Source: Steroidobacteraceae bacterium
Lineage (GTDB): Bacteria > Pseudomonadota > Gammaproteobacteria > Steroidobacterales > Steroidobacteraceae
Length of the DNA stretch: 28,016 bases
Direction: 5' to 3'
Assembly: GCA_036511555.1 (NCBI GenBank)
Contig: DATCBZ010000174.1
Coordinates: forward strand, 1-28,016
This document shows, one piece after another, positions 1-9,102 of this stretch (position 1 is the stretch's first letter; every line of letters begins with the position of its first letter). Under the pieces are notes generated by a model. That model saw only the letters and a list, made by a program, of their open reading frames with translations. It was not told where the DNA came from and ran no database searches. Position numbers and translations under genes: made by a program.

Positions 1-1579
1 GCGCGCCGCGCGCGCTGTGGGCGACGACTTCCGGTATCGCATTTGACAGCCCACCGGCGCCTACATCGTGTATGAGGACGATTGGATTTTCCGCGCCCAG
101 CGCCCAGCAGGCGTCGATCACTTCCTGCGCGCGGCGCTGCACTTCGGCGTTGCCGCGCTGCACCGAGGCAAAATCAAGCTCGGCGGTGCTCGCACCGCTG
201 CCCAGCGACGAGGAGGCGCCACCGCCCAGACCAATCAGCATGGCAGGGCCGCCGAGCACCACGAGCTTGGCGCCAAGCGGCACTTCGCCCTTTAATGCGT
301 GCGTACGGCGCACATTGCCAAGACCGCCGGCGATCATGATCGGCTTGTGATAGCCGCGAACGCGTGCGGCGGGATCGCCTGCGACGTGCTGCTCGAAGGT
401 CCTGAAATAGCCGCAAATCGCGGGCCGACCGAATTCATTATTGAATGATGCGGCACCGATCGGGCCCTCGATCATGATATCGAGCGCGGCTGCGATGCGC
501 TCCGGTCGGCCAAAATTGCGCTCCCAAGCGCGTTCGAAACCTGGAATGCGCAGGTGCGAGACGGAAAAGCCCGTCAGCCCGGCTTTGGGCTTCGCGCCCA
601 AACCCGTGGCGCCCTCGTCGCGAATCTCGCCCCCGCAGCCCGTCGCGGCGCCCGGAAACGGTGAAATCGCCGTTGGATGATTGTGCGTCTCGACCTTTAG
701 AATGATATCGATAGGTTCTATAACGCCGCCGTAGATCAGCGTGTCCGGATCCGGAAAATAACGAACTCCGAGCTTGCCGCTGATCACCGCGGCGTTATCG
801 CGGTACGCCGACAGGACCCCGTGTGGACTTACCGCGCGGGTGTTCTTGATCATCGCAAACAGGGATTTGTCTTGCAGCTGACCGTCAATGATCCAGCTGG
901 CGTTGAAGATCTTATGCCGACAATGCTCCGAATTGGCCTGCGCGAACATCATGAGTTCAACGTCGGTAGGGTCGCGCCCGAGCCCAACAAAAGTTGCGTA
1001 CAGATATTCGATCTCGTCCGTCGACAGTGCGAGGCCGAGGAGAGTATTGGCCTGCTCGAGCGCCGAGCGTCCGCTTGCAAGTGAAATCCGCGCGAGCGGC
1101 TGCGGCGGCGCGTGCTCGAAGAGCTGCACCGCATCCTTTATTTGGAACAGCGCCATCTCTGTCATGCGGTCATACAGAATGGGCGCAAGGGTTGCGAGCT
1201 GTTCGCGTGCAAACGGGTATGTGGATTTAAGGCGGTAGGCAATGCCGCGCTCGATGCGTTGAATGGCATCGAGCCCGCAGACATGTGCGATATCGGTTGC
1301 CTTGCTCGACCAAGGCGAAATCGTGCCGGCGCGTGGCACGACCAGCAGCAAAATGTCCTGCGAGTCCGTAGGCGCGCTAGCCGAGTCCGCGTATGCCCCG
1401 TACTTCAATAAACCCGCAAGAACACCCTCCTCGCAGACGGTGAGCTTGCGTGCCACATCGATGAAATGCACGAACGTTGCGTCCAGACTCGTAACGGCGG
1501 GCGCGAGTGCCCGCAGTCGCTCAAGTAGTTTTACGATCCGGAAGCTGGAAAGTGCGCTGGGGCCTGGAAGATCGAACAT
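1..1579 (-). CDS. purL: Phosphoribosylformylglycinamidine synthase, large single-chain type; N-terminal part, runs off the left edge
   Basis: Not in the ORF track (no stop in the window). Manual minus-strand translation from ATG 1579 gives [15 protein letters not shown]..., [70 protein letters not shown] and [14 protein letters not shown], all PurL hallmark motifs. Confidence 0.97.
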   Translation of the reverse strand, partial: MFDLPGPSALSSFRIVKLLERLRALAPAVTSLDATFVHFIDVARKLTVCEEGVLAGLLKYGAYADSASAPTDSQDILLLVVPRAGTISPWSSKATDIAHVCGLDAIQRIERGIAYRLKSTYPFAREQLATLAPILYDRMTEMALFQIKDAVQLFEHAPPQPLARISLASGRSALEQANTLLGLALSTDEIEYLYATFVGLGRDPTDVELMMFAQANSEHCRHKIFNASWIIDGQLQDKSLFAMIKNTRAVSPHGVLSAYRDNAAVISGKLGVRYFPDPDTLIYGGVIEPIDIILKVETHNHPTAISPFPGAATGCGGEIRDEGATGLGAKPKAGLTGFSVSHLRIPGFERAWERNFGRPERIAAALDIMIEGPIGAASFNNEFGRPAICGYFRTFEQHVAGDPAARVRGYHKPIMIAGGLGNVRRTHALKGEVPLGAKLVVLGGPAMLIGLGGGASSSLGSGASTAELDFASVQRGNAEVQRRAQEVIDACWALGAENPIVLIHDVGAGGLSNAIPEVVAHSARGA

Positions 1580-1594
1580 GGCTCGAATTTGATG

Positions 1595-1939
1595 CTACTT
1601 TTTGGGAGGAGAATCTCGCGGCGGCGCGGAGTACAAAGCGCCCGGAAACTGCGAAATGTTGCCACCCTCAAAGGGCGTGATCTTGCTGACGCCCTGCTTT
1701 TTGACCTCGTCCACGCGCAGTACCGAATGCAGCGGCAGATAAGTGCGTTTGACCCCCTCGAACTCAGCCTTGATGCGCTCCTCGCCCGGATCGACTACCA
1801 CCGAGGAGCGCTCACCGAATACGATGTCCTCGATCTCAAGAAACCCAAACAGGCTGCCGTGGCTGACTTTGCGCGCGTAAACTTCGTAAACCTTGCCCTG
1901 ATTCACGAACATAATCTTGAAAATGTGACTGGCTGCCAT
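1595..1939 (-). CDS. DUF1820-family small protein
   Basis: FKIMFVNQGKVYEVYAR...FGFLEIEDIVFGERSSVVVDPGEERIKAEFEGVKRTYLPLHSVLRVDEV matches the DUF1820 pattern as I recall it. Start placed at ATG 1939 (the track extends to 1975). Ends 15 nt before the purL start. Confidence 0.8.
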   Translation of the reverse strand: MAASHIFKIMFVNQGKVYEVYARKVSHGSLFGFLEIEDIVFGERSSVVVDPGEERIKAEFEGVKRTYLPLHSVLRVDEVKKQGVSKITPFEGGNISQFPGALYSAPPRDSPPKK

Positions 1940-1975
1940 AGGGTGTGGGCTCGGGACTGCTATGTTGATCCGCAC

Positions 1976-1981
1976 ATTATA
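1976..1981 (-). promoter_or_regulatory. Candidate sigma70 -10 box (TATAAT) for the DUF1820-purL unit
   Basis: Exact TATAAT on the minus strand about 37 nt upstream of ATG 1939, in a divergent intergenic gap. No convincing -35 box. Confidence 0.35.
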
Positions 1982-2058
1982 TGTCCGGACGCGCCGGGGA
2001 AGCGGGTGCGCGCGAAAGGCATTCAGATGAGAAAGGATTTACGACCTCTGGGGCAACC

Positions 2059-3300
2059 ATGGCGCTACGCCTAAGCGTCGTCAGTGATCATCGGCGGTTG
2101 CTCGGCGACCGCAGCAGCATCGTGCTCGACGCGTCGGGCGCCACCATTGGGCGCTCTTCGAGCAACGACTGGGTCTTGCCTGACCCGCTACGCTATGTCT
2201 CCTCGCGCCACGCCCGCATCGCCTGTCGTGACGGGCAGTATTACCTTGAGGATCTGAGCACCAACGGCGTCTACGTCAACGAGGACGACCAGCCCCTCGG
2301 CAAGGACGTCGCCCGGCAGCTGCGCAGCGGCGATGTACTGCGTGTCGGGGAGTACCAGCTCGTCGTGGCGGTCGAAGAAGAACCCCCTGCCACGCTTGCC
2401 GGGGAGTTGCCGGAACATCAGCAGACTGCAACTGCGGTCCCGAGCAGCATGGGCGAGTTGCGCGCGCTTGGGCGCGCAAAGCAGCCAGACTTGGACAGCG
2501 CGCTCAACCTCGATGAGTTGCTGGTGCCTGATGCTGCCGTGCTAAACGGCGTGCTACCGGTCAATGCTTATGGGCAGGCCGTACCGGCAGCCACGTCGGC
2601 AGGCGCTGACACCTCTCCCGGCCTTGATGAGGCCGCGATCGCACGGCGCATTGCGCGCCTGGCGAAGGCTGCAGAACGCAGCACTAAAAACCGCGCCAGC
2701 GTGCCGGCACTATTCGACGTTCAAAGTGGACTCATCGCCTTCTGTCGCGGCGCCGGCATTGACAGTGAGCGTCTGCCTGCGGATGCGCAGACGCGCCTCA
2801 TGCACCTTGCGGGTCAACTGCTGCGTGAGTCGCTGGTCGGCTTGAAAGACCTCGAGCGCGCGCGTGCGGAGATACGCAATCGTTTTCGCATCGAGATGCC
2901 AGTCGACGCCGAAGACACGCGTCCCTCGCTCGCCGGGTCCGCCATCGAAGAGCTGCTGCTCAATCTTTTCAGCCAGCACGAAAGCCGGCAGACGGATGCT
3001 GTGCAATGGCTGCGCGAGAGCGTCGACGGAGTCAAAGCGCACGAAAATGCCACGGTGCTCGCATTGCGGGCAGCGTTTACCGAATTTGTCGACCGCCTGG
3101 ATCCGGCGGAGCTCGAGGCGCGCTTCGAGCGCGCGAGCCGCCGTGGCAAGCTGCGCAGCAACGGGCGCGCAGGCTATTGGGATCTGTACGCCGGCTTCTA
3201 CCGCGGTCTCATCGAGATGCCCGCCGACCACCTGCCGCATACCTTTGTCGAGGCGTTCGCCAAGGCCTACAAGGACGCTCTGCAAAAGCCTGCACCGTAA
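2059..3300 (+). CDS. tagH: Type VI secretion-associated FHA domain protein (TagH/Fha-like)
   Basis: N-terminal FHA motifs: IGRSSSNDWVLPDP..YVSSRH and LEDLSTNGVYVN. C-terminal TagH-like region: AGQLLRESLVGL, AHENATVLALRAAF..FVDRLDP..LEARF, YWDLY..FY, FVEAFAKAY. Start placed at ATG 2059 (the track starts at 1981). Confidence 0.8.
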   Translation: MALRLSVVSDHRRLLGDRSSIVLDASGATIGRSSSNDWVLPDPLRYVSSRHARIACRDGQYYLEDLSTNGVYVNEDDQPLGKDVARQLRSGDVLRVGEYQLVVAVEEEPPATLAGELPEHQQTATAVPSSMGELRALGRAKQPDLDSALNLDELLVPDAAVLNGVLPVNAYGQAVPAATSAGADTSPGLDEAAIARRIARLAKAAERSTKNRASVPALFDVQSGLIAFCRGAGIDSERLPADAQTRLMHLAGQLLRESLVGLKDLERARAEIRNRFRIEMPVDAEDTRPSLAGSAIEELLLNLFSQHESRQTDAVQWLRESVDGVKAHENATVLALRAAFTEFVDRLDPAELEARFERASRRGKLRSNGRAGYWDLYAGFYRGLIEMPADHLPHTFVEAFAKAYKDALQKPAP

Positions 3301-3368
3301 GGATGCAGCACGCCTGGCCGCATCGATCGGCCGGTGATGCCTGCGCTTTTCTTGCGTAGAATCGGCCG

Positions 3369-6300
3369 ATGCCACACATCCGCAGCGTACTCGTCGCCAA
3401 TCGCGGTGAGATCGCCATCAGAGTCATGCGTGCCGCAAGCGAACTTGGGCTGCGCACCGTCGCGATCTACTCTCAGGAAGATCGCTTTTCTTTGCACCGC
3501 ACGAAAGCGGACGAGGCGTACCTCGTCGGTCGCGACAAGGGTGCGGTCGAGGCATATCTCGACATCGAAGACGTGCTGCGCATCGCGCGCGAAGCGCACG
3601 TCGATGCGATTCATCCGGGCTATGGCTTTCTAGCCGAGAACCCGCAGTTCGCGCAGGCCTGCGCGCAGGCCGGAATTATCTTTATCGGGCCGTCGCCGCA
3701 AACCATGCGTACGCTTGGCAACAAGGTGACGGCGCGCAACCTTGCGACTTCGGTTGACGTGCCGGTCATGCCGGCGACACCGCCGCTGCCGACGGATATC
3801 GCGGCCTGTGCGCGCCTCGCCCGGGAAATCGGTTACCCCGTCATGCTCAAGGCGAGCTGGGGCGGCGGCGGGCGCGGCATGCGCATAGTCGAAAGCGAAG
3901 CGCAGCTGACCGAGCTTCTGCCCATCTCGCGGCGCGAGGCGCTGGCCGCTTTCGGCAACGATGAGGTGTATCTCGAAAAGCTCGTGCGGCATGCACGCCA
4001 TGTCGAAGTGCAGATCCTTGGCGATTCGCACGGCGGCCTGGTGCATGTGTATGAGCGCGACTGCACCGTGCAAAGGCGCAATCAAAAGGTCGTCGAACGC
4101 GCGCCGGCGGTGTTTCTCACCGACGCGGGGCGCGCGGAGCTGTGCGCGGCAGCGCTGGCGATCGGTCGCGCCGTCAAATACGTCAATGCCGGTACCGTCG
4201 AATTCCTGCAGGACGCCGACAGCGGCAAGTTCTACTTTATCGAAGTCAATCCACGCATCCAGGTGGAGCACACGGTCACGGAATGTGCAACGGGTATAGA
4301 CCTCGTCAAAGCACAAATCCGCATCGCCGGTGGTGCGCGCATCGGTACGCCTGAAAGCGGCGTGCCGCTGCAAGAGAACATCCATATCACCGCACACGCG
4401 CTGCAATGCCGGATCACGACGGAGGATCCGGAAAACAACTTCATTCCCGATTACGGCAAGATCACCGCCTATAGAAGTCCCGCGGGCTTTGGCGTACGGC
4501 TCGATGCGGGCACCGCCTACACGGGCGCGATCATCACGCGCTCCTACGACTCGCTTCTGGTGAAGGTCACCGCATGGTCGCCCACGCCGGAGGAATCCAT
4601 CGCGCGCATGCACCGCGCCCTGTGGGAGTTCCGTATTCGCGGCGTGGTTACCAACCTGCGTTTTCTCGAGCAGCTCATTACCCATCCGCGCTTCGCCCGT
4701 GGTGACTATACGACGCGCTTCATCGAGGAGACGCCGGAACTGTTCCGTTGGCCGCGCCGGCGCGATCGGGCGACACGGATTCTTACGTTTATTGGTGAAA
4801 CGATCGTCAACGGCGCGGCCGAAACCAGGAACCGCGTGCGTCCGGCGCGCCTCGCTACACCCAGACTCCCTCAAGCAGCATTGGCGGCGGCGCCGCCAGG
4901 CACGAAGCAGAGGCTAGATGAGCTTGGACCCGAGCGCTTCGCGCAGTGGATGCTGCAGCAATCACGCGTTCTCGTTACCGACACGACAATGCGCGATGCG
5001 CACCAGTCGCTATTGGCGACGCGCATGCGCACCATCGACATGACCGCAATCGCGCCCTACTACTCAAGCCTCTTGCCTGAGCTGTTTTCAGTAGAATGTT
5101 GGGGCGGCGCGACCTTTGATGTCGCGCTGCGCTTTCTGCGCGAGGATCCGTGGCTGCGGCTGACGACGCTGCGCGAGCGCATGCCGAACCTGCTGTTGCA
5201 GATGCTGCTGCGCTCGGCCAATGCCGTCGGCTATACCAACTATCCCGACAACGTCGTGCGCTTTTTCGTAGCGCGCGCCGCCGCACGCGGTGTCGATCTG
5301 TTTCGGATCTTCGACTCACTCAATTGGGTTGAAAACATGCGCGTCGCCATCGACGCGGTGCTCAAGTCGGGCAAACTGTGCGAAGCGGCAATCTGCTACA
5401 GCGGCAACCTGAGCGATCCGCACGAAAAGAAGTACACGCTTGATTATTACCTCAAACTCGCCCGTGGACTGAAGGCTTGCGGGGTCCATATCCTCGGCAT
5501 CAAAGACATGGCAGGCCTGTGCCAGCCGCAAGCGGCATACATGCTCGTCAAAGCGCTAAAGGATGAGATCGGCCTGCCGGTGCACTTCCACACGCATGAC
5601 ACGAGCGGCATCGCCGCTGCAAGCGTGCTCGCTGCCGTCGATGCCGGCGTCGACGCGGTTGACGGCGCGATAGATAGCATGAGTGGACTTACTTCACAGC
5701 CGAATTTGGGTTCTATCGTCGAGGCGTTGCGCCATGGTCCGCGTGCAACGGGACTCGACCCGGCGAAGCTGCGCATGTTGTCGGTCTATTGGGAACAGGT
5801 GCGCAAGCTTTATGCCGCATTTGAAAGCGACATCCGTGCGGGCGCATCCGAAGTCTATGTCCATGGCATGCCGGGCGGTCAGTACACGAACCTGCGCGAG
5901 CAGGCGCGCGCGCTTGGCATTGAGGATGCTCGCTGGCCCGAGGTGGCGCAGGCCTACGTAAGCGTGAATCAAATGTTTGGCGATATCATTAAGGTCACGC
6001 CGACGTCAAAGACCGTCGGTGATCTTGCGATCCTGATGATCACTAGCGGCCTCACGGCTGAGCAGGTTCTCGATCCTGAGACTCAGGTCGGTTTTCCCGA
6101 CTCCGTTGTGCAGCTCTTCCATGGCGACATTGGCCAGCCGCTCGGTGGGTTTCCGCAAGCGCTGCAACGTAAGATCCTCAAAGGCGCAAGCCCTCTTACT
6201 GACAGACCCGGCGCGTCCCTCGCGGCGGTGGATCTTGAGGCGGAGCGCACCAAAATCAGCCAGAAGCTGCCACGGCCCGTTAACGATGAGGATTTGGCCT

Positions 6301-6812
6301 CGTATCTCATGTACCCGAGGGTATGGCTCGAATATGCCGCTGAGCGCGCGCTTTACGGTGATGTGTCGATTCTGCCAACGTCTGTATTCTTTTATGGGAT
6401 GGAACCGGGGCAGGAGATCAGCGTCACTCTAGAGCGCGGCAAGACGCTTATCGTTTTGTATATCGCCACCAGCGAGCCGCACGAAGATGGCACCCGTACC
6501 GTGTACTTCGAACTGAACGGTCAGCCGCGCTCGGTGCGCGTGGCGGACAGAAGCCAAGTCGCGAAGCGTCCGCCGCAGCGCAAAGCTGAACCGGGTAATC
6601 CGCTGCATCTTGGTGCCCCGATGCCTGGAACAATTGCGACCGTCAATGTAACGGTCGGACGTAAAGTTGCGCGCAGCGACATCCTCGTGACTCTGGAGGC
6701 AATGAAGATGGAGACCGCGGTTCGCGCCGAGAGTGACGGCGAGGTCGCCGAGATTCTGGCAACACCGGGTCAGCAGGTCGATGCGAAAGACCTGCTGATC
6801 GTACTTGCGTAA
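3369..6812 (+). CDS. pyc: Pyruvate carboxylase, single-chain (BC-CT-BCCP)
   Basis: 1147 aa. Biotin carboxylase motifs ANRGEIAIR, HPGYGFLAEN, GGGGRGMR, FIEVNPRIQVEH. Carboxyltransferase motifs DTTMRDAHQSLLATR, WGGATFD, IKDMAG, HFHTHDTSG. Biotinylation motif EAMKM. Confidence 0.98.
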   Translation: MPHIRSVLVANRGEIAIRVMRAASELGLRTVAIYSQEDRFSLHRTKADEAYLVGRDKGAVEAYLDIEDVLRIAREAHVDAIHPGYGFLAENPQFAQACAQAGIIFIGPSPQTMRTLGNKVTARNLATSVDVPVMPATPPLPTDIAACARLAREIGYPVMLKASWGGGGRGMRIVESEAQLTELLPISRREALAAFGNDEVYLEKLVRHARHVEVQILGDSHGGLVHVYERDCTVQRRNQKVVERAPAVFLTDAGRAELCAAALAIGRAVKYVNAGTVEFLQDADSGKFYFIEVNPRIQVEHTVTECATGIDLVKAQIRIAGGARIGTPESGVPLQENIHITAHALQCRITTEDPENNFIPDYGKITAYRSPAGFGVRLDAGTAYTGAIITRSYDSLLVKVTAWSPTPEESIARMHRALWEFRIRGVVTNLRFLEQLITHPRFARGDYTTRFIEETPELFRWPRRRDRATRILTFIGETIVNGAAETRNRVRPARLATPRLPQAALAAAPPGTKQRLDELGPERFAQWMLQQSRVLVTDTTMRDAHQSLLATRMRTIDMTAIAPYYSSLLPELFSVECWGGATFDVALRFLREDPWLRLTTLRERMPNLLLQMLLRSANAVGYTNYPDNVVRFFVARAAARGVDLFRIFDSLNWVENMRVAIDAVLKSGKLCEAAICYSGNLSDPHEKKYTLDYYLKLARGLKACGVHILGIKDMAGLCQPQAAYMLVKALKDEIGLPVHFHTHDTSGIAAASVLAAVDAGVDAVDGAIDSMSGLTSQPNLGSIVEALRHGPRATGLDPAKLRMLSVYWEQVRKLYAAFESDIRAGASEVYVHGMPGGQYTNLREQARALGIEDARWPEVAQAYVSVNQMFGDIIKVTPTSKTVGDLAILMITSGLTAEQVLDPETQVGFPDSVVQLFHGDIGQPLGGFPQALQRKILKGASPLTDRPGASLAAVDLEAERTKISQKLPRPVNDEDLASYLMYPRVWLEYAAERALYGDVSILPTSVFFYGMEPGQEISVTLERGKTLIVLYIATSEPHEDGTRTVYFELNGQPRSVRVADRSQVAKRPPQRKAEPGNPLHLGAPMPGTIATVNVTVGRKVARSDILVTLEAMKMETAVRAESDGEVAEILATPGQQVDAKDLLIVLA

Positions 6813-6813
6813 C

Positions 6814-7635
6814 TCATCGCGGCTTTCGCCCGCTTACGATCGGGACCTGCCACACCGCGTAATCGCGCGGGTTGCGGATGCTGGCAATGACGTATTCAAA
6901 CAGAGCGCGCGCCTCGTTCGCGGGCAACGCGGTTTTTGCACCAATCGCATCGACATAGCCATCGCGCCACGCCTCCAGCATTGTGGCGAATGTCTCGCGC
7001 GGCACGCGCAGTGTATCGACGGTGACATAGTCGACACGCAGATCGGTAACTCCCAGATCGTGCAGCAAAGACCAGGTGCGACGGCCGATACGCGCATCCG
7101 CCCCGGTATTGCGCGCATACGCAATCGCGCCCTCTTGCCACAACCGGTCTGGCTCGAGCTCGCGAGCGATCATTTGCAGCATTCCGTAATCTTCGCTTAA
7201 GACGTGCAGCCAGCCGCCGGCTTTGCAGACGCGCAGCAGTTCCCGCAGCACCTTCTCCGGTTCAGGAATTGATTGCGTCACGTGGCGGCATACCACGAGA
7301 TCAAATTGCTGCGTGGCAAAATGAAGTTCAAACGCATCGCCCTGCTCAAATTGCAGGCGCGGCGCAAGATCAACATAGCGGTGGGTCGCATACGCAATCG
7401 AGCTCGATAGAATGTCGACGCCAATCACAGTGGCCTGCTCATATGCAATCGCAAGGCGCGAAGTAATCTCACCGCTACCACAGCCGATATCGGCAATGCG
7501 GCATTCTCCCGCAAGTCCATAGCGCGCAAAGAGCAGCTCCTCCTGCGGCCAAATTGCACGCGCCTGCGCCGCAAGCGTGCGAATCATGGATTCATCGGCC
7601 ATCTGTTGGGCGTGTGGGTTGCGATTGGTGCTCAT
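6814..7635 (-). CDS. Class I SAM-dependent methyltransferase, substrate unknown
   Basis: Motif I IADIGCGSGEIT, acidic GVDIL, QGDAF, FDLVVCRHV and LRVCKAGG. Start overlaps the stop of the upstream lipoprotein gene (ATGA, 7632-7635). Confidence 0.85.
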   Translation of the reverse strand: MSTNRNPHAQQMADESMIRTLAAQARAIWPQEELLFARYGLAGECRIADIGCGSGEITSRLAIAYEQATVIGVDILSSSIAYATHRYVDLAPRLQFEQGDAFELHFATQQFDLVVCRHVTQSIPEPEKVLRELLRVCKAGGWLHVLSEDYGMLQMIARELEPDRLWQEGAIAYARNTGADARIGRRTWSLLHDLGVTDLRVDYVTVDTLRVPRETFATMLEAWRDGYVDAIGAKTALPANEARALFEYVIASIRNPRDYAVWQVPIVSGRKPR

Positions 7636-8303
7636 TGAGCATTACTCAAGCCGCGCTCGGCGGCGCGCAACCACTCGGCGCGATCGGCACTATCGGCAAG
7701 CGTGCGCGCAGCATCACGGGCGCGCGCGTAGCTTGCACGTGCATCGGTGGCGGCTCCCTGTTTGGCCTGCGCCTCGGCAAGCGCCAACAGATTCGGCGGA
7801 TAGGCAGGCCGCAGGGCAGCGGCACGCCGCGCGGCGGCAAGCCCGCGCTCAGGATCTCCTGGCCCAAGAGGCCAGCCCGGCGCACGGATCAACACCAGCG
7901 CCTGTACGCGCGCTGGCCCGGCATTATCGTAAGCGGGATCGACTGCTTCGGCCTGCTCAAGACTTGCGAGCATCTCGTTCAACAACGAAGGTGCACGCGT
8001 CGGGTGTTCCTTCGCGTTGAGACCCAGTGCGACCGCTCGGCCGTACAGACAGGCGGCGTCGTGCGGCGCGGTCTGAATACAAGTCTCAGCATCGTGGCGC
8101 GCCGCATCGGCCAGCTCTGCTCTGACATGCGGGTCAGATTCGTGCTCACTGCGCTCGGCAGCAGTTGCGATCGACGCGCTAAGCGTTGCAACCGGCACAG
8201 GAGCGGCACCCGCTGCAGGAGTCGGCGTGGGGTTTCGCGGTGGTGTCGTGCATGCCGCAAACGCCAGGAATGCAGGCGCCGCACACGCGAGCCGCAGTTT
8301 CAC
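7632..8303 (-). CDS. Helical-repeat (TPR/TatT-like) lipoprotein; candidate BstC-like lipid carrier
   Basis: Signal peptide with lipobox-like LAFAAC, Pro/Ala linker, then an all-alpha repeat body with CLYGRAVALG and DPAYDNAGPARVQALVLIRAPGWPLGPGD, resembling TRAP-T (TatT)-family TPR lipoproteins. GTG start overlaps the upstream stop (GTGA). Confidence 0.6.
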   Translation of the reverse strand: MKLRLACAAPAFLAFAACTTPPRNPTPTPAAGAAPVPVATLSASIATAAERSEHESDPHVRAELADAARHDAETCIQTAPHDAACLYGRAVALGLNAKEHPTRAPSLLNEMLASLEQAEAVDPAYDNAGPARVQALVLIRAPGWPLGPGDPERGLAAARRAAALRPAYPPNLLALAEAQAKQGAATDARASYARARDAARTLADSADRAEWLRAAERGLSNAQ

Positions 8304-9073
8304 GGCCGTGACGGCGCAGGCGGCAGTTGTGGCACTACAAAGCCGCGCAGGCGAAGGTTCGCCAGCACTTCGGCGTTGGCTGCAGACCCGGACATGCTCA
8401 ACAGGGCCGCACGCAATGGCGCCACTTGCGTCTTGGGCACGCGGGCGTCAACGACGGCGAGGATTGCCGTGGGCAGGGGCGCCGATTCCTTGACGGCTTG
8501 CAGCTCGCCGGCAAAGGGCAGACTTGCCAGTGCGCCCATCTGCGTCGCATCAAGGAGCGCCGTGGACTGCTCCCCCGCGGCAATGCGTCGCAACACCGAA
8601 AGCACCTGAGCGCTCTGTGAAATCTTGACGTCTGCGGGCAGTGCCCAGTCAGCCAGCGCGTAGCCGCGCACGAAGTCCGGTGCGTAGCCTGCAATGCTGA
8701 GAATGCTGTATCCGGACAGGGAAGCAGGTCCGCTCACGCGGCCTTTTTTCGCGACCAGCGTCCAGTGCTCCTTGAAACCTACTGCCGTCACGTCCGCCTG
8801 TACAAGCGGTGCAAGCTTAAGAGCGACCGCGTGTTCGACAAAGAACGGGAACGGCACGAGCGCAAGCGCTGCCTCCGGCGTTGCAAGTTTCGCAAGACCG
8901 CCCTCCTCGGTCGCATCGTACGTTGCCTTAAGGCTGCCGGCAGGCCACTTGGCAGCTTGAGCGACAGCGACGGCAAAGGCATCGAGAAACGGTTGCGCAT
9001 CGCCGGCCGCGCCGGGATAACCCGGCGCACAGAACACTAAAGTCGCAACCGCACCGGCCAATAACATAGTCAT
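8300..9073 (-). CDS. Periplasmic binding protein, PhnD/SsuA-like type II fold; candidate BstB-like shuttle
   Basis: 257 aa with alternating beta/alpha pattern typical of type II binding proteins (ALALVPFPFF, WTLVAKKG, VLRRIAAGEQSTALLD, SAPLPTAILAV, LRAALLSM). The N-terminal hydrophobic stretch is very short. No ABC ATPase or permease nearby. Confidence 0.55.
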   Translation of the reverse strand: MTMLLAGAVATLVFCAPGYPGAAGDAQPFLDAFAVAVAQAAKWPAGSLKATYDATEEGGLAKLATPEAALALVPFPFFVEHAVALKLAPLVQADVTAVGFKEHWTLVAKKGRVSGPASLSGYSILSIAGYAPDFVRGYALADWALPADVKISQSAQVLSVLRRIAAGEQSTALLDATQMGALASLPFAGELQAVKESAPLPTAILAVVDARVPKTQVAPLRAALLSMSGSAANAEVLANLRLRGFVVPQLPPAPSRP

Positions 9074-9102
9074 TCCACTAGGCTATCATCCCGGGGCGCG
9101 AT

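Noticed and set aside
68-1592. Series of short plus-strand ORFs at the left end
   Set aside because: All are antisense to purL, which the track missed because it is truncated.
3305-3352. Possible terminator between tagH and pyc
   Set aside because: Only a 5-bp GGCCG/CGGCC core with irregular extension and an interrupted U-tract; too weak in GC-rich DNA.
3630-4874. 414-aa minus-strand ORF inside pyc
   Set aside because: Antisense shadow of a GC-rich conserved gene, with no recognisable motifs.
7554-8609. 351-aa plus-strand ORF across the lipoprotein and binding-protein genes
   Set aside because: Arg/Gly-rich shadow ORF with no domain signal, overlapping better-supported minus-strand genes.
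8300-9073. PhnD of a phosphonate ABC importer
   Set aside because: No phnC ATPase or phnE permease nearby; the neighbours are an MMPL transporter and a TPR lipoprotein. Fold-level resemblance only.
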